64,000 nt of DNA from Paecilomyces variotii (lineage: Eukaryota): assembly GCA_004022145.1 (NCBI GenBank), contig RCNU01000012.1, one strand, 5' to 3'. The position numbers and the translations under genes were made by a program. The notes under the pieces were generated by a model that saw only the letters and a program-made list of their open reading frames with translations, made no database searches and had not been told where the DNA came from. Below are positions 49,611-63,104 of this stretch, piece by piece (the first letter of the stretch is position 1; the number at the start of each line of letters is the position of its first letter).

Positions 49611-51399
49611 GGCGAGGAGATGGGACGGCAGGACAAGGTCGTCCCCAACGGCGGAGGAGAGTACAGCCGTTTTGACGATGGAGAGGTCCGGTAGCTGGTA
49701 TCACCGGACACAATGCACGAAGGAATGGACGCTGATGCCGTTGGAACGAAAAGCGAGATCCCGACCACCAGGCGTGGGGAAGAACAACCAAGAAGGCCCG
49801 TAAGATATCTACCGAATGGTCCCTGCGGTCAATGGAATGTACATTCACAATAGTATCGAGAAGACCACTTACCTGAACAAAACCTGAACCTGAGAATGTC
49901 GCTACAGTTGTTCCGGCCCGGAGCAACCAACGGCAGAACAAGAAAAAAAAAACAAAGAAGTAGAAGTGAAGTCAACCCGTCAAATCTGCTGCACCCTAAA
50001 AAGAAAGGCTTGAATCCGTCACTCTTTTCAGAGGAAACCAGAGACAGTACCTGATTAGAAGCAGTGCACAAAGAATGGGATGAAAGAATTGACTATGAAC
50101 AGGCCAGGCAGGATTAAGTGGGCTGTAAAGGGATAAGCCGAAACAATAGAGTGAAGGGCCCGGGCGAAAAAGGGGGTTTGAAGGAAAATTGATAACGAAC
50201 GAGCGAGCGAGCGGGGGGTTTCGAAGGAATTATAAAGAAAAGATAGATCGAGTGTAAAGAACGTGGAGAAGTAAGGAATGGAGGAAGGTATGCAAGAAGC
50301 AACAATAATGTTCCCAAAACGAGGAGGGAACAGAAGAGGGCGAAAAAGAGGAGGTAGAGTGTAAGGGAGAAAAGCCGAGAGGCAGTTCAGGACACGACTC
50401 AAAACGGAAGAGGGCGAGGTTTGGATGGACCTCTTCTCTCCGATTGTTTTGGCAGACTGAAGCTCGACTTGTCGGGTACCGGGGATTGGGAAGACGGGGC
50501 TGGGGAGCACGGCGGTACCGTGGTACGTACCCTGATTCTCGCAAATAGACTGGATGAAACCGCGGCTTGAGTTCGAGAGGGAAAAAAAGAATAACAATGC
50601 AGATTGGAAGCGGCGTACAGGGATTGGAGGGAACCAGACGGGTTCCTGAACGGTTGGTGGTGTTTCTCTGGGGCCGCGAAGGGAGAAGAGGCTGTCGAGG
50701 AGCCTCTCACAACTTCCGAAGGGCTTTCCACGCTCTCTGAAGGACTGTTCAGGACATCGCGAGAAGCCCCCGACATGGCAGGGAACAAGCCCAACCAGAC
50801 CCAAGACTAGAGACACTGGCTACCAGCACGCGATGCCCCTTCAGTCTAGTGGCGCCCGGACCCAGTGGCTCTCCTAGGTCTGGCATTCCTGTTGCGAAGA
50901 GCCCGAACCATTTAGTCGCTGCTCCATTTTCTTGGCATTGTTCAAGGGAGGATCTCAATAGTTGCGAGATAATAATGCTGCGCGCCTCTTTTCCATGGCT
51001 GCTGCAGGTACGAGGCATTGGGTTCCGGCATACAGCTTATTTCGCGCAGACTGCAACTCTCGGTGCATGATGGACGGCAGTAACCGTTGTAACAGGGTAG
51101 TCTCGTGTGTGCAGTTAAAGGAATAACGGAGCCGGGTTGTGCCAAATGGCGCCGATCGACCCTTCGTGGAGCTGACTCCTCCTGAGCCCTTCCAATTCAG
51201 GACATATTATTACTAGGTGCGCTACGGCTAGGAGGGGCCGTAGCAAATAATCATTGAGCGTAGTGACCAAGCTGGCTGCTCTGACTAAGCTGGCTGCTGG
51301 CGCTGACGCGCTGGCGCGCTGGCAAAGCCTGGCAGATAGGTTGATTGCTTAATCAGGTAATTTGTCAGGTTCTTTTAATGTAGTAACTGTGGATGATGA

Positions 51400-51710
51400 A
51401 TATTGTAAAGAACTACCTAATGGATGAAGCCAGCTAGTAATTGCTAGATAGTATAAGAAGCCGAAGTTAATATAGGATAGGTAGGCAGAAGGGGGATAGG
51501 TAGGAGAGATTTAGCTAATATAATCGATATTTCAAACAGACTAATAAGAAGCCAGTATTTAGATAGAAGAAAATTCTTTAAAAGCGAGCTTTAATAGATA
51601 AAAAAAGCAAGGGGTAAGGACTGTAAAGGGTGTAAATTAATTAATATAGACGCGAAACTGTATAGGAGATTAAGAGGAGTTATTTTGATTTCTAAAAACA
51701 GTAGGCGGTA
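51400..51710. other. AT-rich, TpA-enriched block, possible RIP-degraded repeat relic
   Basis: Abrupt composition change with abundant TA/TAG/TAA and few TG/CA dinucleotides; no ORF. Judged by eye only. Confidence 0.35.
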
Positions 51711-54428
51711 AAGGTCATGTGCTCTTTCCTTCAAAAATTTCCTCTTAGGGAAGACATCACGTGATGAAGGACCAATCAGAGCGAGGGAAAAAAGTGGAAA
51801 AAAAGTGGAGCACTTTTGCAGCCAGTATATTGAAACATTTCGCTAGCGCTCAATGATTATTACTCGTACCATCGACTTTTAATCCGCCGTTGGCCAGGGA
51901 CTGCGCCGTCCACGTAGTGAGGTCCATAGGGCAGGGAAGGCTGGGGTTCAAGAACCTCGCAGAGAGAAATAATAATGACTGTCGGAATCAGGATTATCAG
52001 ACAGACATGCTCCTCGTGGCGTCTGGACGAACCCGCGTCCATTCTGTCCTTACTGGTTCGATCTCATGGGATTCCTGAATCATCTTGAACCGACGTTCAG
52101 GCCGCCGGCCGCCGAAATCCTTGAGCGTGCAATGGGAAGATCGCCGGGATGCAGATGATCTCCACGCGGTACCTGGGTTCTTCATGTTCATCAGTCGCAT
52201 CAGCGCTCTTCATCATAACTGGTGACTCGTGAGATGGTTCAGCAACCTCCTTCTAGAAGCTCTCTGGACGAAACTGCAGAGCCCCTGACTAGCATCATTA
52301 GCCGCTCTCGTTCCGTGTGACCACCCGACTTTGCAGTCGTGGGCCACAGTTTCTCTTCAACGATTTGCTACATGATGAGGTCCCCACCTTTCAACCGTGG
52401 TCTTAAAAGACTTCAGTTTGTTCAAGAGACCTGGTTCTTTGCCTCTACAGCAATGAGGAACAATTATTGCAGTTGTGGTGTCGAATATCAGGTCCAGTAA
52501 CTGTGTTGGCTGCTCGGTTATGAGAGTTTGAATGATTCTAGATGAACGCGTTGGCAGGCTGTCATATCTGCCGCAGGCTCATAGGACGGCGCATGACGCA
52601 TGAATAGGCTCCCACCACAGGAAGCTGACGTAAGACCAGACGCCAAAGTAGTTAACTAGGTTTCTGTGATTGATATCTCTCTCCAGAACTTTGGAAAAGC
52701 TCCGCATTGTATTTCCCGAATTGTATCCGCAGCAGACATTGCGGGGTCGAGGAGCTCATGATTTCCATACGGTGGATTCGCGAAACCTAGAACAGATGAC
52801 AATCTGCACTGCAGGAAGGCCAACTGGAAAATGAGGTTGTTGATGCATCACAAGAGGCGACAGTCGGTATCCTAGGACACCAGCCATGATCTGACAGGTT
52901 GCCATCCTGGAATTCCATGTGGCAGCATTTAGCGCATCAGAAGATGTCCCATGCTTAATAGTTTAGGTGACATCAGATTTCGGGATGACAGGGCCTGGAT
53001 TGGAATTCCTCATATTAGGCTCTTGAACACTAAAACCGGTCAAATAATTCTTTGGTGAGCTCCAGACGCATCCCTGGACACTTGAAGAACGCTTGCCTTC
53101 AATTGGTTCATTTACAAAGGTCGGTCGCGTGGGAGACCTTTGGAATGAAACCGCGGTGCTAAGGCATCTCACTGAAATTAGCCAAGCGTCTGAGAGATGG
53201 AGAATCCCTGTTCTGAAGGCACTTTGGGTAGATAGTGATGATACTGGTGAGAAAGGAGTAAACGACCAGTGATGGATCGAGAAGAGCCACATGAGGATCT
53301 ATGACAACACATCCCCGTCTGGATATAAAGCTTGACTCTGGATTCTGAAATGCAGCCGGCCCTAAAGCTAAGCTGAGATGTTTCAGCTGTAAGATGAGGG
53401 AGACGCTTTTACCCTCGCGGAAACACCTGACTTTCAAGGAAGGACCGGGTGGGCTGACACCTAAGGCATGAAATAGGTAAATACTATCTTGGGAAATAAG
53501 AAATTGTCTCACTGTCCAGCCTTGTTTTGCTTATTATCATCATAGCATTCACCGACTGAGTTGTACATCATACCCATCAGCAATGAGGCAACTGGGTTAA
53601 CTGCTCGAGCTTTCGTGCATATGAAGCAGGTCTTGCTGAGCGTCTTCTTCAACTATATTTCTTTGATGAGTAGACCTCCTAGATGTATATTATTCGTCTA
53701 CCTGACTTGATTCCTTTAAAAGGAGGACTGACTCATAAAGTAACTTCTACGCCTTTCGTGTTCGTAATTCGACATTTTACAATAATGGATATTGTTTCTT
53801 CAGTGGGTTACATAGTTCTCATACGGTGATTACACCTATAGCTATCCTATATCGACTGGCAAATGGGCATCTTTCCAAGTAGTATATGAGGAACCAAGAT
53901 CTCTTTTCTGTTTCCTCATACGACGGAAATGCGCCTAACGTTCTAATCTGGTCTTATCTAGGGAGCAGGGTGGATATTGACAATATTCAAAGCGTCAAGG
54001 GGAGTATCGCTTCTGGCCGTCGGGTACTATCATCCCGCAGGTGCTAAGTGGTGTAGGTATAGAAGCTTGATAGATGGATAGGATTCCTTGATCAACCTCG
54101 CGAAAGAAACCATCATAACGATACTAAGTCTATTGTGCTGATCCCAATTGAAGCAAGTCTAATAATGAATGTTCACAAGAATGCCCAACAACCTTTTTTT
54201 CCCCTGTCCTACATTCGCCATTTGCATATCTTCACTCCACTGTCACTGACGAGCACCCCGGTATAAGAAATTGAGAAGTGGAAATAGAAAGACGCTTATA
54301 ATAACACCAAAAAATCGTAGGTTACTGAACGGAAGCTCTCCAGCATGACACTATTACTCCATTGCTTCAAATATTGAACCAGCAGATCCCAGCCACAGTA
54401 CGCTCCGCTGCACGCAACGTAGCAGACT

Positions 54429-55797
54429 CTATTTCGCTGTAGCATCGATGTTGCACAGCGCGGAAGTAACCGACGAGACAGAATGAGTAGGCTTCTTCGC
54501 CTCGCTTTCCCCCCAGGTGCCACCGCTGGCTGGGAAGAGAGAGCCGCTGTCGCTCGACACGATCGTGACCACCTCGACACTTGAGGGTGCGTGCATGTGC
54601 GGCACAACCAATCCAACACCTTTCGTAGCGCCGGAGCTTCCCGAGAAAGAAGGGTTGTGTCGAGGAGGCAGAGGGCGGTTGCTGAAGTCAAACATCAGAC
54701 TCACGTATTCCGAGCTGCTATTGTAGGACGAAGTAGCCGTGGAGGGAGTGTGGGTCAACGACGGGGACCCCGTTGCTCCGGAGGTTAAGATAGAGAGGCT
54801 ACTAGAGCTGCGATGGCTCATACCCGGGCGACGAGCTGCTGGAGTAGCTTCATCATTGCCAAGGAACTGAGATAAGAAGTTCCATGCTTCGGAGGATGCC
54901 AGTGAGGCGGCACTGCCATGGCGTCTGTGTATCACAGGCTTCCATTCGGTCGGGTCAAGATCTGACTTGGCATCGTGAAGCTCTGCAGGTATCCGGGCGG
55001 TAGGAAAGGAGCTGGCGGGAAGTCTGGTCGGCGTCAAGGGGGCCACGATAGATCGCGGGGACATTGGCGGGGAGGAAGGAGGTGACGTTGATGGCGACAT
55101 TGATGCGCTTACTGCAAAGGATGCAGAAAGGGGCTTGCACGAATCCTTACGGCGGCAGCTGTAGAATTACAGTAAAGACAGTTAGCAAGAAATAGTGAGG
55201 AGGAAAGGGAAGGGGGAAGGGCAAGACGATAAGGGAAGGGCGTTGACGGATGTCTAGTACCTTTCGCTACAATATAGGATAGAGTTGTTGGGAACGGTTA
55301 TCTGTCTCTCGCACGTCGCGCTGGAAACAATTGTCAGCCGGATCAGGAAATAAAGCACATGGCCTTGGTCAATTCAAGGGACAAAGAATGTAGGAGGCAA
55401 AATTAGAAGAGTGGCCAGAGATAAGACAGAGAATAAAGGGCGCAGTCATAACATTGACAGCCACCCCGGTCATCAGCGGCTGACAGAGACCCGAAACAAT
55501 GCCCTGCGGTCGTCTCTTGCAAAGCGCCAACAGCTAATATCAAATCAAAATTATCAAACAGACCTACCAGTACTGAAGGAAGCTGGCCGCCATGTCGGGC
55601 TTCTCCTCGTCGTCCTTAGTAGATCGAGTCGTGGGTCCCGATCCAGCGCCCAACTTGGAAATGGAATAGTGCGCTGTGGGCGTATTTCGACTCAATCCCG
55701 GCCGCGATGGCCTCAGGCCAGATGCTTTTTGGGCATTAGAGGAGGATGGAGTGCGACGGTGGTGAGAAGAAGAGTGACTGGTATGGGAGTTTGTCAT
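54429..55797 (-). CDS. Ecl1-family (life-span regulatory factor) zinc-binding protein, three exons
   Basis: Exons 55797-55568, 55320-55261, 55158-54429 splice in frame to give 'SFLQYCATCERQITVPNNSILYCSESCRRKD' (C-x2-C-x13-C-x3-C, Ecl1 signature), followed by an S/P/T-rich tail. Confidence 0.85.
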
Positions 55798-58700
55798 GGA
55801 TGGCGGTGTGTCTTTTTGTATCGATTATATACGGGTCCTAGTCTGGCTGCTCCACCAAATTTCTGGCCTTCTACGACCAGGGATGTCCGTGGATCAGCGG
55901 CAATTTCTGCCCTGTCAAATTCGCAATGGAAGGCTGCAGGGGAGCCACAGTCCAATAACTCGATTGTCCGTCGATACCGCCGTTGAAAGACCGGATTGAC
56001 GGCTGGTCAATGCAGGGCCCGATCGTCGGAACTAGATCTACTACTGTAAATCGCGCGGATCCTGGAAGACTAGAAGATCATAAATAAATATGGAATGGAA
56101 AAAAAATCTGCACTGCGGTGGAACAAGCTGTTAGATAGAGCGCAAGATTCAGTCAGAGTCATCCTTGGTGGGGGAGGTTAACATGGGATAAACACATCCG
56201 GCGGCTATATCGATGACTCTGACTGGGGGGAGATAAGGGCGGAGACACATACCAATCAATCTGGTGGCCAGAGCGGTGAAGCATGGGAATTTCTTCCAGC
56301 AACGAAGGGCGATAAGACAGTTTTCCAGGAAGAAAGAATGGGAGAGGAACAAGAGTCCAAGTGCACGGATAATATATAATAGATCACAACAAGTGAGGAG
56401 CAGCAAAGGTACCCGAACGAGTAACGAGTAGGTGACGGCGGAGCACGTCAGGATGTTCTCGAACTCCGGTCGATGCGAAGGTCTGGACTTCCCGGCGGGC
56501 ACGCACCAGGCAGCTGCGTGTGGCGCGTGCGTGGCTTTCCTGTGGCTAGTGTGCCTGGACGGGCGCCTGACAGCCTTGCTCGCTCGTGATTGCCTGAGGC
56601 TGCCGAAAGCGGCAGAGTCGAGAACTCCGGATGGCCCGTTACAGAGCCCACTCGACACGCAACGCTCCCGATATGGTGACGCGAAGACAGGCAGAGACTC
56701 TGTACGCGAGGGCAGACCTGTCCTCTCGCCGGAACAGATCTTCCTCCCCAGACACTGTGAGTGTGGCCTCGATCTTCGGTTCCGCCGCCTCCTAACTCAG
56801 CAGCGTGGAGACCTGTTAGAGGCGGGCTGGTCCACACAACGATGTCTATCTATACTTAGATATGCGCAATTCCCCGTTGGAAATCGAGATGCGGTCCGAT
56901 CTCCCGCTTTCTTCTTATCCGCAGAACATGAAACGAGTCAGCCTTGTCTGTAACCGAGAGAAAATGCGATAATAATAACTGAAGAAGCTCTAGGAGTTGA
57001 TGGACTGCTACATTGTGCCATTATCGCTTTCTCTTTATTTATTATTACTGCGGATGGCGTGGTCGGCATGCATCTTTCAAGTTCCTCGTTTTCCCGATCA
57101 ATCCATCCGTCCGTTTCTCTGAGCAAATTCCAATCACCTCATCACGTTCTCGCCCAACTGTGGGGAGAATAGCATGACAGGTCACCCTCGCAGGCCAGGA
57201 CCTTTTTTTTTTTAAAAACTTGCTCCTACGGCGATACTTCTCCAGTAGTAATGCGACAAGACAATATAGTCGTTTCGAAAGATCGTCAGGGACCGGTCTA
57301 GAGTATCGACAATTGTTGCGGTCAGCCGTAGCGCCAATAATAGTCTGTGGTTTGCGGCAAGCTACATGCAGATGGCTAAAACATGCTCACTGTCTATCGA
57401 AGCCTGCGAATCTCCAGCCCACCTTGAGGGAGCACGTAATGCCGACGCACGACCAAGAAAATGCCGGGTCCTTGCGGTAGATAGTATCTTCCCCAGGGCG
57501 CTTAGGAGACCGTCAGTTTCAATTACTGGAGAACGTGAAAGGCAGTTACATATTAATTATCGGACAGAGTCGGAGTGTGATTGCTTTCATCCCTTCCCAA
57601 ATTCCGTCCAAATTGTAATCGCCAAATGAACATACAGCCTGGGATGATATCAATGGCATCATGCTCAGTCGGTAGACCTACCGAGAGTCCATTCAAATCT
57701 CAACCTTGAATGATACCATTTCCGCGATTTCTGCCGCCATGAGTAGAAATGATGTTGATCCAATAGAAGCCCTCCAGATGTGAGAATTGACGGTACATAC
57801 TACAACATCAGGCCTCGACGAATGACGACATCGATTCCTCTTGGAACATGTCGAAATTCTCCCTTCCGTCATGGTCCTCTTTGTTCCTTGCGTGTTCAAA
57901 TCTTATACCTTGGTCGCTATCGAATAAGAGATCTGAAGGTGTCTCCTACGTGTCCTCATAACGCCATAGATCCCACAGTCAGTTACACAGTATGAGTAAC
58001 TCTGGGGAAATCTGCGGCAAAGCTGGGGTTCTTCGGGACACATCCGTCACTGCCGGGTCTCACCATCTGTGGATCCCAGCATAACGGAACACGCACTGCA
58101 TGCGGGGCGAGATTTATGAGAAAAGAGGCACAAGACATTGATAGTTATCATCCGACAATTATTAACCAATTTCTCGCTTTACGACTGCCTTCTTGCCCCT
58201 TGGCATACTCTCAAAAATCTGACAACAACCCTATCACTTTACGTACAATAAATACCAGGATTAGATAGGATGGAGCAGGGAGGCTTCCGAGAAACAGATA
58301 CTGGCCAATATTCCCTGTCGTTGGGGGAAAATTGCTAATAAACTCCTGCAGTCATGCGGTCTGGGTATTCAGGGTCCATTTTCTTGAGCACCTTGGGGAT
58401 ACTAGTATTCTGGATCACATTGCCTCAAGCAGAGAATTCGAAGCCAATAATGTTCCCTCGTGGAGTTCTTCTTACTAGTGTGATCTAAGACGCCTTGAGG
58501 CTTGGCTTAGTTAACATCTGTGGTCGATGTTATGACCAGAGCAAGGGACCTTGTGTCCAGTGGGGTCATTAACTGCAAGGACCTACATACCTTGAGGGCT
58601 TTTTAGAGAATATTCCACAAGAGAATATCAGACGATTTCTTCATCGATCCCGGGACCCAGTTCGGTGTGGGTAAGGCCTAGTTACATTCCACATATTTAT

Positions 58701-59415
58701 CAGCAATTTCTGCCTCTCTGTTGTCCATATAATCACATCCTTCTGGAAGAACAGTCTCACCGTAAATGCATCACCCGCTGTCTTCCGATTTTACCCGTTA
58801 CCACTGAAGATATATACTAATGTCTTCAGATTCGACCTTCACTCAATTGACATGCTTTTATCTCATATACAATCACGTGGATGTGTAGAAATAACACTTG
58901 TAGACTTGGTATAATAGCTAATAAATTAGCAGATACAAGCCTGGCAAGAATACAGACTTTCGGGCAAATTCCTCACCAAGTATATATCGAAATAGATCCA
59001 AAACCGTAATGAAAGTATACGTAGCCTGTGCCATACCCTTTCTTCTGCAGAACCTATCTATCTATGTGTTTGATCTGCTCATAGAATAGTTATTTCATGT
59101 TCAATCTCTTAAAAGTTGTCTCTTAAATGGCAAATTGGCTCTTCCAAGACAGGTTATATTGTGTCCGGCTCCCGCACACACGACGCGACTCAGCCCCGCG
59201 TTCCCGGTTTCCGCTGATTAAGCGACCAGCGCTTGGTTGCCATGCGCAACCGCAGTAGGATGACATCGTTTGTGCAAAACCAATCCCCACGATTTTGCGG
59301 TGCACGAACGAGTCCTTATTGCGGTCGGAAAGAGACACAAACCGCAGTCTACGACATATATAAGAATAACAGCCATACCTACTGGTGCTAATTGATCGTC
59401 GCTAGCTTGTCAACG

Positions 59416-60147
59416 ATGCCTCCAACTCGCCGTCGAGGCGGCAACGCCGCAGCCCGATCTCAACAATCGACGCTGGCCTTCGGCATCCAGTCGAGGGTGA
59501 CGAAACCGACATCGGCTCCGTCGACGACAAAAAAGGCCAAGGATATCGAGAAGGTGCATGATGTCGATACCTCTGATCCTGATCAGGTACCCGTTGCTCC
59601 TCCGGAAGGCTCTTCTCAACCGCACATCGCAGAGATCGTCGTGAGGGAGCAGGCAAAGGCGGAAGTCCAACAGCCGTTGTCGGAAGAGGATAAAAGAGCA
59701 TTGAAGGTCACTGACGCGGACCTGAAGCGGTATTGGCGCAGTGAAGAGGCGAAGAGGAAGGCTCCGCGAGGTACGTTTACGTTGAAGCCTTTATTTGGAT
59801 ACTTGTCATTTTCAAGCTAGTATCCGTTTTTTTTGCTATTACAGATGCTAATAGCTTTATTTCCGTGTGTAGTTCATCAGGAGGGATTGAGCTTGAATGA
59901 GAAGATCCTGCGACACTTCGACCTTTCCAGTCAGTACGGGGTAAGATTATCCATATGCATCCTTCTTCCATCTAGGAGCTACTTCTAATTCTGCTCTTGT
60001 TAGCCTTGCATCGGTATCGCACGACTAAAGCGCTGGCGTCGGGCTCATATGCTTAACTTGAATCCACCTATCGAGGTCCTTGCTGTGCTGCTCAAGAATG
60101 AGGACGATCTGAAACAACGAGCATACATTGACGAGCTTCTCTCATGA
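59416..60147 (+). CDS. DNA polymerase delta subunit 4 (p12/Cdm1-like)
   Basis: PIP-box-like 'QSTLAFG'. Spliced C-terminal domain 'VHQEGLSLNEKILRHFDLSSQYG/PCIGIARLKRWRRAHMLNLNPPIEVLAVL'. Introns 59771-59871 and 59941-60003. Confidence 0.9.
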
Positions 60148-62579
60148 CCTTTACTCCAGCTCTGACGGCTTCCAAATAAACGGTTCCGATTATAATGCAC
60201 TCCAACTCTCTGCGGGGAGATTGATGTCTGCAAGGATCGATTGTATGATTATTGACATTGGGGGTGAGGATGGAGTTAATGGCGTTTATGTTGTACATAC
60301 CCTGGAGATCTAGTAATGGACTTTGAGCTGTTTCCTTTGCAAAAATCTGCTGGAGAATATGCTTTTCATTACTATAAACATGACTGGCTTTAGAGAAATG
60401 ATTACTTCTACCTAGCCAGATTCTAACATGGTGCTGCTCAATATACGCAACTGCGTCTCGGCGAAAGATCTAATCACGTCGAAGCAACACGCCAGCAATG
60501 AACTAGTAGGGTCGTTCATTCAGGCGTCAAGAGAGAGGGTAATCTCATCGCAATGAGAGCCGATCGGGTTCGTCCCACATGGGATAAGAAGTCATAGTTA
60601 GTGGAACCTGGTGGGTAACGCAAGAAGAAAACAGTGTCACGCACAAGGCCCATCTCTCTACTTCTATTTCAACCTCATTTCTTCTCTCTCCGTGGAAGAC
60701 AGCCGATTATCGGTTACTTTCTTGTCATCTTCTACGATACGGCCAGTTGTCTAAAAGTTCAGTGGAAGTCAATAATTGGACATCCGCTGTTGGGAAGATG
60801 GCGTTGGCGTATATACCTTGGCTTTTGGCCCTGGTACTGTACGAATACTTCTTCCTACGTTTAACGCAGCCAAATGAGGCACTAACTACTGTTTCTGGCA
60901 GCTTATGTATAGTAGGATTTCCTGCTAATTAACTATTATCTATTCTGTAGCGGAGTCAGCAGCCACATAGTACTTAAGCTTGAGCTACTTACCAGAATTG
61001 ATATGGAAGATGACCCCCGTCTCATACGCCTTATGGATAAGGCCGTTCTTTCGTCGGCTGCGTCTCTGAGGGCTTCTTCTCCTTTCAACATTTGAACTGG
61101 GAGATGAAGATGGAGCTTCGTGTTTCTATTACTGACGATTGGTTGTTTCACTGAAGAGAAAAAGGTTGAAACTTATGCATACGTAAATGCAGATTCCTTC
61201 GACCAAGTGGTCCGCTTTTTTGAACTCGCATTCCCGAGACTTGTACATTATAGAAACCGATTTAATGAATCGAAGACTGATTACAGCAAGAGAACTCTCC
61301 AGGAGTCCTGTAATCCACAATCAGGTAACATATGTCAAGGTCGTGATGTCTAAATTGCAGTACGAGAGGAAATCTAGACTGAACTAGGACTGTATGACTT
61401 GAAGATTCTACATACCACTCAGCAGTTCCTGCAGAGATCCAGATAAAGACATGAGAGATCTGAAATCATCACGTTGTGGTCCGAGAGCCGAAATTCCGAG
61501 AGATGCATTATGTCGATTAAGATACTTTGATCAAGTATAAGCAGGAGTTTTCGAGACGACATAAATATAGTGTTCATACGACTTCAGTCCCAGGGCTATG
61601 TCTGGAGTAATAAGTACCTAGGCAACTAATACATGATTCCAGCTAGACATTACGCTCTCTTATCACGTAAAAGTGCACCGTCGACCTCCTCAATCGCGGA
61701 AACGATCAGAAACGGTGAAACAATGCCTCCACGTCAATCCCACCCTCGGCCATATAGTTTTAGTGTTTACGGAACGTCTACGATAAGGAATAGTGTATAA
61801 CTATATACAATGGACATTTATTACGTAGATATCCGAAGTCACGAAGGCCTTTCAGCCTCTCCACATACTCTTTCGGTGTCAGAATTGATGACTTGAGGTG
61901 GTCAAAACAGAGTACCTCCAACAGTCTGTGGACCGTTAGCTTGACTCGGTCATCAACAAAAAGGTAATATCTCACCGGCTTTCAGCAGTTCAAGAACGAA
62001 TGTGGCTGACAGCGGGATCTCCAAGCCACACCGCGGCACATCCCGCTGTCAACTGTAGATATGGTAGTTACTACTTAGCGCTTGTAATCAGCCCTCAGTT
62101 GAACGTCGGCTCTGAACGCCAATAAGTGAAGAAAATGGAAGTATCCCATTCATAGACCATTCATTCCTACATATGTCACTACATGGTACCGGGAATTGGA
62201 GGAACTTGTGTGAATAGACCCGTTCAACCCCGCAATAGCTGCTTGTGCCGGAATGAATACATAAACCATGATTGTCAGACGTAGAATCGTTCTTTCTCTG
62301 CAAAGCAGCTGGCCATTGATGTCCGCACCTGCAGTTTGTATTCATATCCTGCGGATACTTTGTTCCCGAGTTCTCAAGGACGGTGTGCTACAGAGCGCCT
62401 GGCTGATAGCCTTACTTACGGGCTGAACCTTCCTCGTGGATTCGATCTAGCATGGTGATCTCCATAGCAAAGCCGTAATGTTAAATAGAGTAGTCAATCT
62501 TCCTTACTCGAGAATCTCTTCAAGTTCTTTATGGCACACAAACATCCACAGAGAGAGCAACAGCAACAGCAGAAATAAC

Positions 62580-62985
62580 ATGTTGTTCCTTTTATTCATT
62601 TTTACTGGGTCGGCGGCCCCCACGCCGACGGCCCACAATGCCACGGCGACACGCTCAAAATCGGCTACCTCCGAATCCGTGTCCGCCTCGGCGGGCGGTG
62701 CGTCATTCCAGTACTGGGGGTAAGTACTCTTCCTTCCCTAACTTATGGGCATTGATAAATATTTATTAATATATGATTAGCTCTGCGTCTCTGTACACGA
62801 GGCACGTATTCGCCTCTGCTGGGGCGATCATCGTCCTAGCGATCGGCCTCGCCGTAGCATGGCGATTGTATGTACTTGATTCTTCACTTCTCCAGTATTG
62901 GTACTGATTGATTGTTTCTAGGGCGGGCTTGCCCCCAATCAGCCAGTGGAACTTGTGGTACTTAATTGCCCTTCGATGTTGGTGA
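62580..62985 (+). CDS. Small putative signal-peptide + single-TM protein, tandem copy 1 (~96 aa; may be truncated or a pseudogene)
   Basis: Exons 62580-62719, 62781-62867, 62922-62985 splice in frame: MLFLLFIFTGSAAPTPT...FQYWG/SASLYTRHVFASAGAIIVLAIGLAVAWRL/AGLPPISQWNLWYLIALRCW*. Confidence 0.5.
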
Positions 62986-63104
62986 CACAAAATTTAAATA
63001 CTTTGGGTACGCTCCCCTCCCTGATAGACACACACGCACAGATATACCCGTATAGAGAACGAGAAAGAGAAAGAGAAAGAAACCACTAACAGTAACAGGA
63101 AAAC

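Noticed and set aside
50055..50816. 253-aa minus-strand ORF upstream of the Nrd1-like gene
   Set aside because: F/S/L/P-rich translation is a by-product of pyrimidine-rich leader sequence lacking stops.
51860..53512. Fragmentary minus-strand ORFs suggesting a decayed gene
   Set aside because: No recognisable domain or coherent exon chain by eye; needs BLASTx.
56149..58800. ORFs of 130-173 aa and coding-like fragments between the Ecl1-like gene and POLD4
   Set aside because: Overlapping on both strands, no family motifs; probably regulatory or intergenic DNA.
60369..60380. TTAC-N7-A sequence resembling a Starship target site at the core/accessory transition
   Set aside because: The pattern occurs about once per kb by chance, and no DUF3435 tyrosine-recombinase captain gene is visible downstream in the window.
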